In this document: piece by piece, positions 1 through 9,700 of the stretch
How positions within the stretch are numbered: the stretch's first letter is position 1
Layout of the letters: each line of letters opens with the position of its first letter
DNA from: Candidatus Aenigmatarchaeota archaeon
GTDB lineage: Archaea; Aenigmatarchaeota; Aenigmatarchaeia; PWEA01; JACQIF01
Length of the DNA: 64,000 bases
Direction: 5' to 3'
Assembly: GCA_016432325.1 (NCBI GenBank)
Contig: CP066684.1
Location: 672,001 to 736,000, forward strand
The notes under the pieces: model-generated
Database searches by the model: none
Told to the model about the DNA's origin: nothing
What the model saw: the letters and a program-made list of their open reading frames with translations, nothing else
Made by a program: the position numbers and the translations under genes

Positions 1-485
1 CCCGTTCCGCTTCTTTTGGCAATAATGTCATAGCTGTTCAAGGCGCTCTTGAACATGCCTGTGTTGCCGTTGGACGATGTCTCGGCAAATACTGTTTTCA
101 GCATTTCAAAGGGCGTCGCAGATTCCAGATGGTCCATCACGTCATCGGCCCTCCTTTTTATCGAAGAAGGCATCTTCATGTCCACCCACGATGAACCGTC
201 TTCTTCGTGCCTGACCTCGGGTATGTAGAGTGTACCGGCAACGGCGTATACCCTGAGCCTCCTGTCACCGCGCACCTCTATCAGGCCTTCTTCCCGAAGC
301 GCGTTGAGACAATTGACGACCGTGTGATATTGAATGTCCGCACGCTTGGCGCAACTGCCGGCGCGTATCCACGGGTGCCGAGCAATAGTTTCATATATCT
401 TCTCTCGCGGAGGCCTCTGGTCTGTGGCCTTTGCAGGCGCCTCGGCTTTCTCTATGGTCCTCAACAGTTCTTGCGCGTCTTCCAT
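1..485 (-). CDS. Winged-helix domain protein, truncated at window edge (not in ORF track)
   Basis: Open frame from ATG at 485 with GGTGA SD: MEDAQELL...REKIYETIARHPWIRAGSCAKRADIQYHTVVNCLNALREEGLIEVRG, a wHTH pattern; runs off position 1. Confidence 0.6.
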   Translation of the reverse strand, partial: MEDAQELLRTIEKAEAPAKATDQRPPREKIYETIARHPWIRAGSCAKRADIQYHTVVNCLNALREEGLIEVRGDRRLRVYAVAGTLYIPEVRHEEDGSSWVDMKMPSSIKRRADDVMDHLESATPFEMLKTVFAETSSNGNTGMFKSALNSYDIIAKRSGT

Positions 486-511
486 GGATTCACCGATTCA
501 TTATGGAAGGC

Positions 512-570
512 TTGAAATCACAATTTCGTGTTCTCCGGCCGGGAGAATTGAAATCGCAATTTCATGTTCT
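512..570. promoter_or_regulatory. Tandem pair of palindromic operator-like sites
   Basis: TTGAAATCACAATTTCGTGTTCT (512-534) and TTGAAATCGCAATTTCATGTTCT (548-570), each with GAAAT-N4-ATTTC dyad, upstream of the wHTH gene. Confidence 0.5.
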
Positions 571-606
571 TCCGTGTGCCCCCAACTCTCAGACTTGTGG
601 TAAAAG

Positions 607-969
607 CTATTTAACGTCGACGTTCCTCAGCCCCTGAACGGTTGTCAGCTTGTTTCTCCTGAAGAGAGCGCGCAGACGCTCGCGCGCCGCGCGGTCCGTG
701 CGGCAGCCTACGCCGTTCAGATACTCATCGAGCTTCTTGGCGATGCGCTCGCCCTCTGGGTCAAAATCGGTCAGAACGAGAACGCGCGCGTCGTCGACGT
801 CGACAGAGAACTCGTACAGGCCCTTGCCTTTGTTGATCTCAATGACGCGCGTGAAGCCCAGCCGCACGAGCGCTTCTGTGTCGTGCCTGCCTTCCACGAT
901 GACGAACTCGTCCGTATAGCGCCGCAGCTCTTCCAACAACGCTTCCCTGTCCTCGCGCAGCGTCCTCAT
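607..969 (-). CDS. Small TOPRIM-domain protein (RNase M5/primase-like)
   Basis: IVEGRHD and LTDFDPEGE TOPRIM motifs; ATG at 969 overlaps the upstream stop. Confidence 0.8.
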   Translation of the reverse strand: MRTLREDREALLEELRRYTDEFVIVEGRHDTEALVRLGFTRVIEINKGKGLYEFSVDVDDARVLVLTDFDPEGERIAKKLDEYLNGVGCRTDRAARERLRALFRRNKLTTVQGLRNVDVK

Positions 970-1280
970 ACGCGTTGCACTACCTTGTAGAATATCGTCT
1001 TGCCTGTTTTCCTCTCTTCCAGATATCCGGCGTGTTTCAACTGGGCGACTTGGCGGCTGACGTACTCCTGCCTGTAGCCGAGCGCGCCGGCCAGCTGGTT
1101 GGTGGACTTCCATTCCGCGAGAGACGTCATGAGCTTCGCCTGCACTGCACTCAGGCCGTTGTTCTCGTTGATGGACAGCTTCTTCATCACGAAATCGAGC
1201 CTTGCTTCAAGAACGTCGAGGCGCCTCGCAACGGCCTGCGACTGCTGAGGCGCTGTCACCGTCACGCGCGCGGCGTCCAT
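966..1280 (-). CDS. wHTH (ArsR-like) protein
   Basis: STNQLAGALGYRQEYVSRQVAQLKHAGYLEERKTGKTIFY; start uncertain. Confidence 0.7.
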   Translation of the reverse strand: MDAARVTVTAPQQSQAVARRLDVLEARLDFVMKKLSINENNGLSAVQAKLMTSLAEWKSTNQLAGALGYRQEYVSRQVAQLKHAGYLEERKTGKTIFYKVVQRV

Positions 1281-1419
1281 CGCGCGCGCCTTTTTCAATA
1301 TCTCTTCTGCCGAACGAACAGTCAGAAATAACACCCGTGACTTTGTTATGTCAAGGATGGTATTTATAGGGCGTTGCTGACCTGAAGATATTTATTCGTT
1401 CGTTGTCAACAGTCACGTC

Positions 1420-2508
1420 ATGTCGATCCAGATTAGAAACTCTGCGCCAGTCGATACGTTCGAGACTCTCGGAGAATTTCGCGAGTCGTTTGGCCGTCTT
1501 GTGGAGCAGTTGCGAGGAGACGGAATAGACAGGGTATACAAGTCCCACGTTTCGTGGCCTTCCGATATCGACGGACGCAAGAAAATAGATGTGACTGTTT
1601 CGCCTGCACAGTTCCCTTATGAGTCCGCGTGGCATGCTTTCTATAACAGATATTCCGATAGTCCTCAAGTGCCTGTTTACTGGCGTCAGGACAGAACCGA
1701 GGTAAATGCGGATGTCGACCTTGAGTGTTTCCCACAACTACGGAGATTGCCGGAAACCGTCAAGGCAGAACTAGCAAAGAATGTCAGCGAGCATCTCGAA
1801 TATAACAAGCCTCGCGTACGGGACCTCTTCTCCACAACCCAAAACGCGCCGGCAGGCGCCAAATACAACGCACTCACCGGCCTGCTCAAGACGCTGGAGA
1901 CCGCTGATGCGCCAGCCAAGGCCTCGCACGCGGACCCTCAAAGCGTGACGTCTATCGACACGTTCCAGAAGACCATGACAGGCCACATCGACGAGATGGA
2001 GGTTACAGCCGGCGCCTATGGAATCGAGGAGGTTGTTGGTATTAGGATATGGTATCCTCAAGCCGCTTATCCTTGGGTACCAAAGGACCGGATGCGACAG
2101 ATAGACACGCCATACAAATGGTTCAACTTCGAAGAGCCTGCAAAACTGGTTCGTGCAGATCCCATTTTCGGGAACTCGCCAAAATACGTGGAGGAAGGTT
2201 TCAATTTCAGGCAGGATCTGGAAGGAACGGAAGTGACTACAGTGTTGCCGTTTGACGCCCGTGACAAGATACTGGAGGCGCACAAGGACACGCAAGCGGC
2301 GGTCTTCTGGGAGGTGAACAAGCTGGAGCCTGTTATTCTCGCAAGGCACCAGGAACCCGGTTACATGGAGGCCCTCGCCCGGTCTGTGCCGCAGATTGCA
2401 GACGTCCTGCTCTTCCGCAACAGTCTAGTAGGGTCTCTTGGTTACAAACAGGGGACTACGGTCGGCATAAGAATTCCAACTCCAGAAGAAGTCGAGCAAG
2501 CGCAATGA
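1420..2508 (+). CDS. Hypothetical protein
   Basis: 362-aa ORF with upstream TTTATA box; no recognised motif. Confidence 0.65.
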   Translation: MSIQIRNSAPVDTFETLGEFRESFGRLVEQLRGDGIDRVYKSHVSWPSDIDGRKKIDVTVSPAQFPYESAWHAFYNRYSDSPQVPVYWRQDRTEVNADVDLECFPQLRRLPETVKAELAKNVSEHLEYNKPRVRDLFSTTQNAPAGAKYNALTGLLKTLETADAPAKASHADPQSVTSIDTFQKTMTGHIDEMEVTAGAYGIEEVVGIRIWYPQAAYPWVPKDRMRQIDTPYKWFNFEEPAKLVRADPIFGNSPKYVEEGFNFRQDLEGTEVTTVLPFDARDKILEAHKDTQAAVFWEVNKLEPVILARHQEPGYMEALARSVPQIADVLLFRNSLVGSLGYKQGTTVGIRIPTPEEVEQAQ

Positions 2509-2598
2509 ACGTCTCAAAGCCTCTTGCGCCCGTTCCCTGTGAAACCATCAACAGGCCGTTTATTTATCCGAGGGTATCCAATAAAGGCCGTGGGGACG

Positions 2599-3231
2599 AT
2601 GTTAGAAGCTACGGCTCTTTTTGAAAGGACCTTCAAGGCTCTCGCAGGCAGACACACCAAGCAAGAGTTCGAAGCCGTCTATCCTGCAATCGGTGCCTAC
2701 GACGATTTCGGGAAGACCGTGCACGACAGGATGATCTATCAGAGCGCGGTTATCATTCCGTCCGGCGATGCGGCGTGGGCCGTCTGCCGCGGCGAACTCG
2801 ACGAGCCACACGGATTGCCGCGCCGCCTGCGCACACCCGAAGTGGTGGACATGGCGGCGGTCCGCATGCCGATGAAAAACGGAAGGGTTCCCGAGGAACT
2901 GCTGCGCCGGAACGTACGGGACGCCGAACGTTTCTCAAAGTCGCTTGTAATCGGAAAACGTCACGGCCCTCTGATGGTTCCAGAGCGCGGACTTTTCGGC
3001 AGAAGAATGGGCGACGCGCTGAAGCCGTTGATAGGAAGATATGCGGACGGCCATCCGCCGATTGAAACCCTGAAGATGGGAGACAACATCGACCATTATG
3101 TTTATGGTGGCCTGTGGGGGCGGGATGGAGTGGACTACAAAGCGAAGTTCGTGCCGGTACTGGCCAAGACCATCGAGGACGTCGTCCTATCCTCCAAGCT
3201 AAAGCCGCTTGCACCCGTTCCGCGTGACTAG
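2599..3231 (+). CDS. Hypothetical protein
   Basis: Long ORF; ATG at 2599 after a GGGGA SD-like tract. Confidence 0.6.
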   Translation: MLEATALFERTFKALAGRHTKQEFEAVYPAIGAYDDFGKTVHDRMIYQSAVIIPSGDAAWAVCRGELDEPHGLPRRLRTPEVVDMAAVRMPMKNGRVPEELLRRNVRDAERFSKSLVIGKRHGPLMVPERGLFGRRMGDALKPLIGRYADGHPPIETLKMGDNIDHYVYGGLWGRDGVDYKAKFVPVLAKTIEDVVLSSKLKPLAPVPRD

Positions 3232-4215
3232 ATAGTTGTTCTCTATGCGAACGCCGCGCGTCTTCATGTAAAACGCCGGCTCTATCGCAACTACCATCCC
3301 CTCTTCCAGAACACCCTTTGAATTAGGACCTATGCGCGGCGCCTCGTGCACTTCGAGACCTATTCCATGGCCCAGCGCATGGATGAGATATTTCCCTCTG
3401 AAGCCCAAGAGCTTGAGAGCGGTGTTGTGCAGTTCGGCTGCCGGAACGCCTGGCTTTATGTATTCCTCGAGCGCGTCGAGGACGCCCTTCACCTCCCTGA
3501 CGCCCTCTGCAATGCCTATCGGGACCGTGAGATCCGAGCAATAGTGTTTGTACCGCACGCCGTAGTCCACGTAGCAGAAGTGTTTTATGGGTATGCGCGT
3601 TGGCGTGTGATGGGGCGAGGACGTATTGCGCCCTGTCGCGACTATCGGATGGAATGCGACCTGAAGCCCTCTCGAGAGCGTTTCACGAATGATGTCTGAG
3701 GCGACGTCGCTCTCCGTGCGCCCGCGAACGATGCGAACGGAAGCGAGGACGCGCCGCGCTTCGCGGACGGAGGCGCGTATGGTTCGTATTTCGTATGGCG
3801 TCTTGACGGCGCGCGCCTTAGCGAAGAACGGGGAGACGTCTGTTTTCTTCCTGAATCTTCTGGCCGACGCGTAACTCATGAAAGCGCCGTTAAGTCCGAC
3901 AGTGCCGCCGATGCCGCGGACAACTTCTCGGAAGGACTCTGCCTTCTCGACCTTGGCCCAGGAACCGTGCGTCAGCGGAGCAGACATATCGCTGGTATAA
4001 AGCGTTACGGAACTGGGATAGACGACAACGAGAGCGCCGTCGGCGCGCACATTCGTCATGTACGTGGCGTTTGGATCTATCATGTCAAACTCCGGATTGT
4101 AGAGTACTATCGCGTCGACGCGTTCGAACGCGCCCGCGGCGCGGAGCTTCTTCAGGCGGAGCTTGAGTTCGGAGTGCATGCGCGTTGTAGGAGAGGCGTG
4201 GATAAAAGGCTTCAC
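3199..4215 (-). CDS. pepQ: Xaa-Pro aminopeptidase/prolidase (M24B)
   Basis: VDYG..YCSDLT, HALGHGIGLEVHE, IEPAFY, GVRIENNY metal-binding motifs. Confidence 0.85.
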   Translation of the reverse strand: MKPFIHASPTTRMHSELKLRLKKLRAAGAFERVDAIVLYNPEFDMIDPNATYMTNVRADGALVVVYPSSVTLYTSDMSAPLTHGSWAKVEKAESFREVVRGIGGTVGLNGAFMSYASARRFRKKTDVSPFFAKARAVKTPYEIRTIRASVREARRVLASVRIVRGRTESDVASDIIRETLSRGLQVAFHPIVATGRNTSSPHHTPTRIPIKHFCYVDYGVRYKHYCSDLTVPIGIAEGVREVKGVLDALEEYIKPGVPAAELHNTALKLLGFRGKYLIHALGHGIGLEVHEAPRIGPNSKGVLEEGMVVAIEPAFYMKTRGVRIENNYLVTRNGCKRL

Positions 4216-4236
4216 GCGATAGCGGAACGCCGGCTC

Positions 4237-4974
4237 TCACAGGACGTCCAGCACCATTGCGGCATGATCGCTCAGCTTCGCTTCCATCGGCTTGCGATCG
4301 TAAAGACATTTAGATATCTTCGATGCCAGTTCGTTGGAAACAAAACAATGATCGAAACGGTATCCCATCATGTCGCGGCTGAACCAGCTGTGCTCGGCCG
4401 TGCCTGCGAGTTTGAAACCGTCGACAAGTCCTCTCTTCGCCAGTTCCTGATAGAACCATTGCCACGGCACATACGCGGGATGGTGCGGAACGTGTCCGGG
4501 TTCAAGAATGTTAAAGTCGCCGCAGAATATCCTGTTTCCGTTCGGAGTGTCGTCGAGAGCGCGCAACAGCGCGTCCAGGAATCCCTTCTTCTTATCAACC
4601 TTCGCAGGCTCCGTGCTGGTTGACGTCGGGGCGTATACGCCTATCAGTTCCAAGCCGTTTATTTCCACAGACGCCACCCTCGATCGCAGGCCAACCACGC
4701 GCTCCGCGAATTCCGTATGTTTGAGCGGAAGCCTGCTGAGTATCATAACCGCGTATTCGTTGCCTTCGGGTTTTGGAAAAACGACGTTGTATCCCTTGTA
4801 GAACCTGAAGAGGCGCTCGATATACGCGCAACCCTCGCTGTTTTTTGCTTCTGTCAGGACGATGGCGTCCTCCTTGCGCGCCGACAGCCACTCGGCCTGC
4901 TTGCGCGCTCTCTCAAGAGACGGGTTGCCTATGTTCCAGCAGAGAACGGATAACCGCGACGGCATGGGTCTCAA
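4237..4974 (-). CDS. Exonuclease III-like endonuclease/exonuclease/phosphatase
   Basis: WNI, LTE, GDFN, RFDH, SDH motifs of the EEP family. Confidence 0.85.
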   Translation of the reverse strand: MRPMPSRLSVLCWNIGNPSLERARKQAEWLSARKEDAIVLTEAKNSEGCAYIERLFRFYKGYNVVFPKPEGNEYAVMILSRLPLKHTEFAERVVGLRSRVASVEINGLELIGVYAPTSTSTEPAKVDKKKGFLDALLRALDDTPNGNRIFCGDFNILEPGHVPHHPAYVPWQWFYQELAKRGLVDGFKLAGTAEHSWFSRDMMGYRFDHCFVSNELASKISKCLYDRKPMEAKLSDHAAMVLDVL

Positions 4975-4996
4975 TCCGCGGCAAAGGATAAAAGCT

Positions 4997-5401
4997 CTAC
5001 CAGTCCAGAAGCTTTTCCCCGACGAGGAATGGCAGTATCTCGTCCTCGAGAGACGGCGGGAGTTTGATGCCCTTCTCCTTGTAGTCCTTAGGTATGAACG
5101 CGCACTCCTCGAGCTCCGGGTCGTCCAGTTTCGGCTCGCCGTCCAGCTCGACGAGATATGCGGAAAGCTTTACGATGGCGTCGTCGAAGACCGCGGGCGC
5201 GCTGAAGTCGCCGAGCTTGCGTATCACGCGACCGCCGCAATGGACTTCCTCTTGTATCTCCCTGAGAAGCGCTTCTTCCTCTGTCTCGCCGGCTTCGGGC
5301 TTGCCGCCGAGGCTGGTCCAGATGTCCTTGCCGACCTTCCTCACCATCAGAAGCATATTGTCTCTGACGACTATGGCGACGATTTTGTGTATCTCTTTCA
5401 T
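4997..5401 (-). CDS. NUDIX hydrolase
   Basis: Nudix box GGKPEAGETEEEALLREIQEEV; the longer track ORF overlaps the opposite-strand gene, so start trimmed. Confidence 0.85.
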   Translation of the reverse strand: MKEIHKIVAIVVRDNMLLMVRKVGKDIWTSLGGKPEAGETEEEALLREIQEEVHCGGRVIRKLGDFSAPAVFDDAIVKLSAYLVELDGEPKLDDPELEECAFIPKDYKEKGIKLPPSLEDEILPFLVGEKLLDW

Positions 5402-5440
5402 TGGATCGCCCATGATTTCTTTAACAAGGCCCGATTCCGA

Positions 5441-5455
5441 TATAACACTGTTATA
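5441..5455. promoter_or_regulatory. Palindromic operator TATAACACTGTTATA, copy 1
   Basis: Perfect dyad abutting TTTAAATA box of the HTH gene; same 15-mer at 15151 and 17931. Confidence 0.6.
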
Positions 5456-5485
5456 TTTAAATAGCCGTGCGTGCAACTGACGCGT

Positions 5486-5842
5486 ATGATGACATCCTGC
5501 GAAGTGGTCGTTCATTACGTCTTCCCTACCGTGCGTGCGCTTATCGCGCGGGAACTGATAGAGACGCACGGCCTGACGCAGCAGGAGGCCGCGAAGCGCA
5601 TGGGCCTCACGCAACCCGCGATCTCCCAATACAACAAGCAACTGCGAGGCTCCAGAGTAGCCGCGATAAAGAAGAACGACGAAGTGATGTCGAAGATAAC
5701 TGAAATCGCCTCTTTGCTGGCCAAGGGCGAGCTGGACGCAGAGCACGCGACGACGCGCTTCTGCGAAATCTGCGAAGAGGCGAAGAAGGGAGATTTTCTC
5801 GACAGCCTGGACGCCGACGTGAAGTACGCCCAGTGCGCCTAA
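5486..5842 (+). CDS. XRE-type HTH transcriptional regulator with Cys motif (COG2522-like)
   Basis: CEVVVHYVFPTVRALIAREL..GLTQQEAAKRMGLTQPAISQY..RG, C-terminal CEIC. Confidence 0.85.
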   Translation: MMTSCEVVVHYVFPTVRALIARELIETHGLTQQEAAKRMGLTQPAISQYNKQLRGSRVAAIKKNDEVMSKITEIASLLAKGELDAEHATTRFCEICEEAKKGDFLDSLDADVKYAQCA

Positions 5843-6747
5843 CCGTCAATCTTCAAACCAAACCGTTCGCGCCTTCTCAGGACGGGCACGGCCGCCAGTC
5901 CGGCAATATGCACGAGCAGCAGCGAACGCAGCGACTCAAGCGTGCCGAACACGACCAGCGGCGTCGCGTAGAGATACGTCGTTATGAGCCGTTCCAACGA
6001 ATCCGTGAGTCGCGGCTGCTCTGCCGTCGTCTCTTTCAGCAAGGCGCGATAGTCCGTGAGGAACTGCTGTTTTTGTTCGTCTGAAAGCGCGTCATAACGC
6101 TCGCGGACGCTCGGAGCCATCAGCGCGACGACCTGTTCGTCTGTCAGGTCCTCGGAGAAGACGCTCTGCGAGCCCTTCTGAATCTCCGCCGACGCAAGCG
6201 CTTCGTAGTCGTCGATGTTCGCCGCCACCATCGCGAGCGACGCGGCGGCTATGAATACGTTCAGAACGATGAGCCCGCGCCCCACCGCGTGCGAAACGCC
6301 CTTGTAGTTTTTCCACTTGGTTTCTTTTCTGTACGCGTCGACCACGGAGCCGTGAACGAAATAAGCGGACGCCGCGGCGCCGGCGGCGACAATTATTGTT
6401 TCGTAGCTTAGACCGACGAGCGCAACGCCAACCAACGAACCGACGGCTACCGCGGCCATCCCCGTGGTCCTGTCGGTCGGAGCGATGAGCCCGTAGACGG
6501 CCACAGCGGCGAGCGCGAGGGAAAGGAAGACGAACGGGACAGCCATCACGAGAAGCATCGATATGGCGCTGACAGCGAGCGCAGGCAAGCTAGGCCCTGT
6601 CGATGAAAGCAGGCCTCCCTGAAGGGATATCGGAACTATCGCGGCCGCCTTTGTCGAAACCGAGAGGAATTTGAAGAGCCAGAACGCAACCGTTGTGAGA
6701 AGGGCTGCAAGGACTGCGACAGAGATGCGTTCCTGTTTCATCGTCAC
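5839..6747 (-). CDS. Multi-pass membrane protein
   Basis: Several hydrophobic segments; start overlaps stop of the upstream surface-protein gene. Confidence 0.7.
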   Translation of the reverse strand: MTMKQERISVAVLAALLTTVAFWLFKFLSVSTKAAAIVPISLQGGLLSSTGPSLPALAVSAISMLLVMAVPFVFLSLALAAVAVYGLIAPTDRTTGMAAVAVGSLVGVALVGLSYETIIVAAGAAASAYFVHGSVVDAYRKETKWKNYKGVSHAVGRGLIVLNVFIAAASLAMVAANIDDYEALASAEIQKGSQSVFSEDLTDEQVVALMAPSVRERYDALSDEQKQQFLTDYRALLKETTAEQPRLTDSLERLITTYLYATPLVVFGTLESLRSLLLVHIAGLAAVPVLRRRERFGLKIDG

Positions 6748-9700
6748 GCCTGTCCACCCTGGGGAACGTTGAATGTCACGCCTGTCTTCTTCTTGGGCAG
6801 CTTCTGCTTTATCTTTTCGACGAGCGCCTTGAGTCTCTGCTTCGCGCGCTCTAAGGGCGAGCCTCCGTCAGGCGGACCGTACGTGAATCCTCCGACAGTC
6901 GTGGCCTGTTTCGCCGGCGGCAGGAACATATAGACAACGAGTCCTCCGACGGCCACGGCAACGACTATTCCCGCTATGAGCAACAGCGAAGTTCCTGAGG
7001 CAGGCACGGCCTCGGCCAGCTGCAAGTGAAGTTTGCTAAGCAATTCATCGGCTTCGGCGAGCAACGCGTTCGCCTCTATGTAATCGCCGCTTGCTATAGC
7101 CTCGCCGGCGAGTCTCATCTTCTCCTTGAGCTCGGCGAGCGTGGCGTTCGCTTCGGTGAGGTTGTAACCGCGCTTCGAGAGGTCGTTGATTCTGGTCTCA
7201 ACGGTCGTTATGTTCTGCAGCTTCGCCGCGTAGGTCGCCTCTATCTTCGCCTTGGTCTCGTTGGACGGCTGCACGGTGAGCGTCGCGGTCACGGAACCTT
7301 CGTTGTCTGCGTTCGACGCCTTGTATGTTATGGCGTGTTCTCCTATCGCGGCGTCTGCCGGTATCGCGTATGAAACCGCAAACGTCACGGTCTCGTCGGC
7401 CAGAATGTCAACACTCTCCGGATCCACGCCGAACCATGACGCGTCGACGCCTTCAACGGCCAACTCGACTCCGCTCTGCGTCGTGTCTCCGGTGTTCTTC
7501 ACGCCGATGTCCACGCTCTTGTTGCCGCCTTGAACGATTTCAACGTCTGCCGGATAGGACGCTATGTCAAGAACGTCCTCTTCTGCCGTCTCCTCTGCCG
7601 CGGCTTCGTCTGCCGTCGTGTCGCTTGACGAGTCGCTGCTACTGCTGCTGGAGCTCGACGAGGAGCTGTCCGCGTCTGTTATCGTCAGGCTTATCGACAG
7701 GTCGCCGTAATCCGCGGCCTCGCCTGTCGCGCTGATGGTGAGCGTGGCGGACGTCGAGGATGTCACGTTGTTCGGATCCAGCTTGAAGGCCAGCCTGCAT
7801 ACTTCCGTGCCGTCGGGGTCTATGCTGTTGGCCGCGGTGACGGACTCCAGGCGGAAGCCGTTGCCCACCTTGGTGCCGTCTGTGCACGCCGTGCTGTTCT
7901 CGGCGTCCGGAGTTATCACGAGGTTTGAGTTCGTGCTGATATTGATGAACCCGCCGGGAGCAAAGGTTCCTAAGTTGCGGACCGAGAAGTTGAAGTAGGC
8001 GACGCTGTTGTCCGCGACCGTCACGGACGTGGAGTCTATGGCGACGAAGTAGAGGCCTGAATTGTTCACCCGGATAGTCGAGTTGGTACCGTTGCCTTTC
8101 AGAGTCGTGCCGAGACGGACGTCTGACGCGCCTACGAACACGCTATAGTAGCCTCCTGGTCTCGCCGAGTCCGGAGGCAGCGTGGCGTTGAACTCGTAGC
8201 GCCCGTTCTGGAGCAGGGGCACGTCATCGGTGGACGTTATGCTCTCGTTGGTGACGTTGAGCGTACCTGAGCTGGGGTAGCGGGTCGACGTGTTGCCCTC
8301 GAAGATGTAGACCGTGAAGTTGCCCGTGGCGTTTATCATGTCTGTTATCTCGGTGCCGTTTTTGTAGAAGACCTCGGCCGCCACCGTTATGTTGTTTGTC
8401 TGCGTGACGTTCTCGATTTCGTTGTTGCCCACGTGCAGCGCGTCCCTCACGCGCACGTCTATCTCGCTGGTGAGGTTGACGCGCACCGTCAGGTTGAATG
8501 TCTGGTAGGGGCGCGCTCCGGTGTCGTTTAGCGTTACCCATCCGACGTAGAGGCCCTCGGTGTTGAGGGTTTCGAGTGTGTCGGCCGTTATTGTAAGGTT
8601 GAGGTTGCTGCCCGTGTTTGCGGACAACGTACCTGTCGGGTCTGTTGTAGAGAAGTCAAGGAACTTCGACGAGTTGCTGGTCAGGTTCAGGCCGGTCGAA
8701 TTGGCGCGGGCGTCGAACGTCAGGTCTGCGTTGCCAGTGTTGTTCACGGATATGTTCAGCAGTATGGAGCCTAGGCCTGTCCTGTTGACTCCGATGTTGT
8801 CCGTGATTGTAATCGTGGAGCGGTTGTACGTGCTGTTCACCATCAGCTCCGCAGTCACGACCGTGGAGTTGAGCGGTATGTCGTGTATGGCGCCGGACAA
8901 CGACGTGTAGCGCAGCCTTCCCCCGACCTCGCCGCTCAGAGTGTCGTTCTGCGCCGTCAGGTTTATCTGGTGGGTTCCGTAGTTATTGGTCAGGCCTGTC
9001 TGGTTGAACGTGCGCGTCGTGTAGTTTGACATTATCCACGCCGAGGCGTTAATGAAAAGTTTTGCCGTGACGTTGTAGAGAACGGGGCCTGCCGTATTGT
9101 TCGCGACCTCCACTGTCCACGTGCCGTCGTCGTCAAAGCCTATCGTTGCGCCGGACGGCGTAAAGGTAACGAACTCCTCTGAAACGGAGCCGGTCTTGTT
9201 CGACAGGTGGGATTTGTTGGAAGACGTTCCGACGAGCGTGCCGTCGGGTTTGATGAGTCTCAGCGTGTAGTTGACGCCTCCCGTCCAGTTGAGGCGCGCG
9301 TCAATCTTGGTTACGAAATCGGGGACGCGCAGCGTGAAGTTCTGCGCCCCTGTGGGCGCGTTGCTGGAGAAGCGCTGCATGAGGTACAGCTCGCTGGCCT
9401 CCGTGACGTTTGTCTGGTTGATGGAGCCCGTGTTGGTGAGCACGATGTTTACGGTATGCCTTTCGGACGGCGCAAGACCGGTGAAGTTTATCCTGTTGAG
9501 CGTGGCGGACGTGGAAGCGTTGGTCGCATTGAGCGTGCCGTATATGAGAAATCCTCCGGGTCCCTGATAGTCAATCTGGCTGGTCGTGTTGTTGCCATAG
9601 ACGCGCACGTTGAACATCCTGGCGGCCTGAGGGTACATGAACGTCAGTGTCTCTGAAAGGTTGCGGCCTGAGGAGCCGGTGAGAAACACGTTGTTCTCAT

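Noticed and set aside
512-570. CRISPR array (repeat contains TTGAAA)
   Set aside because: Only two units with a 13-nt gap and no cas genes; fits an operator pair better
7616-7670. Microsatellite-like CTG/CTA run
   Set aside because: Encodes the poly-Ser linker of the surface protein using mixed codons
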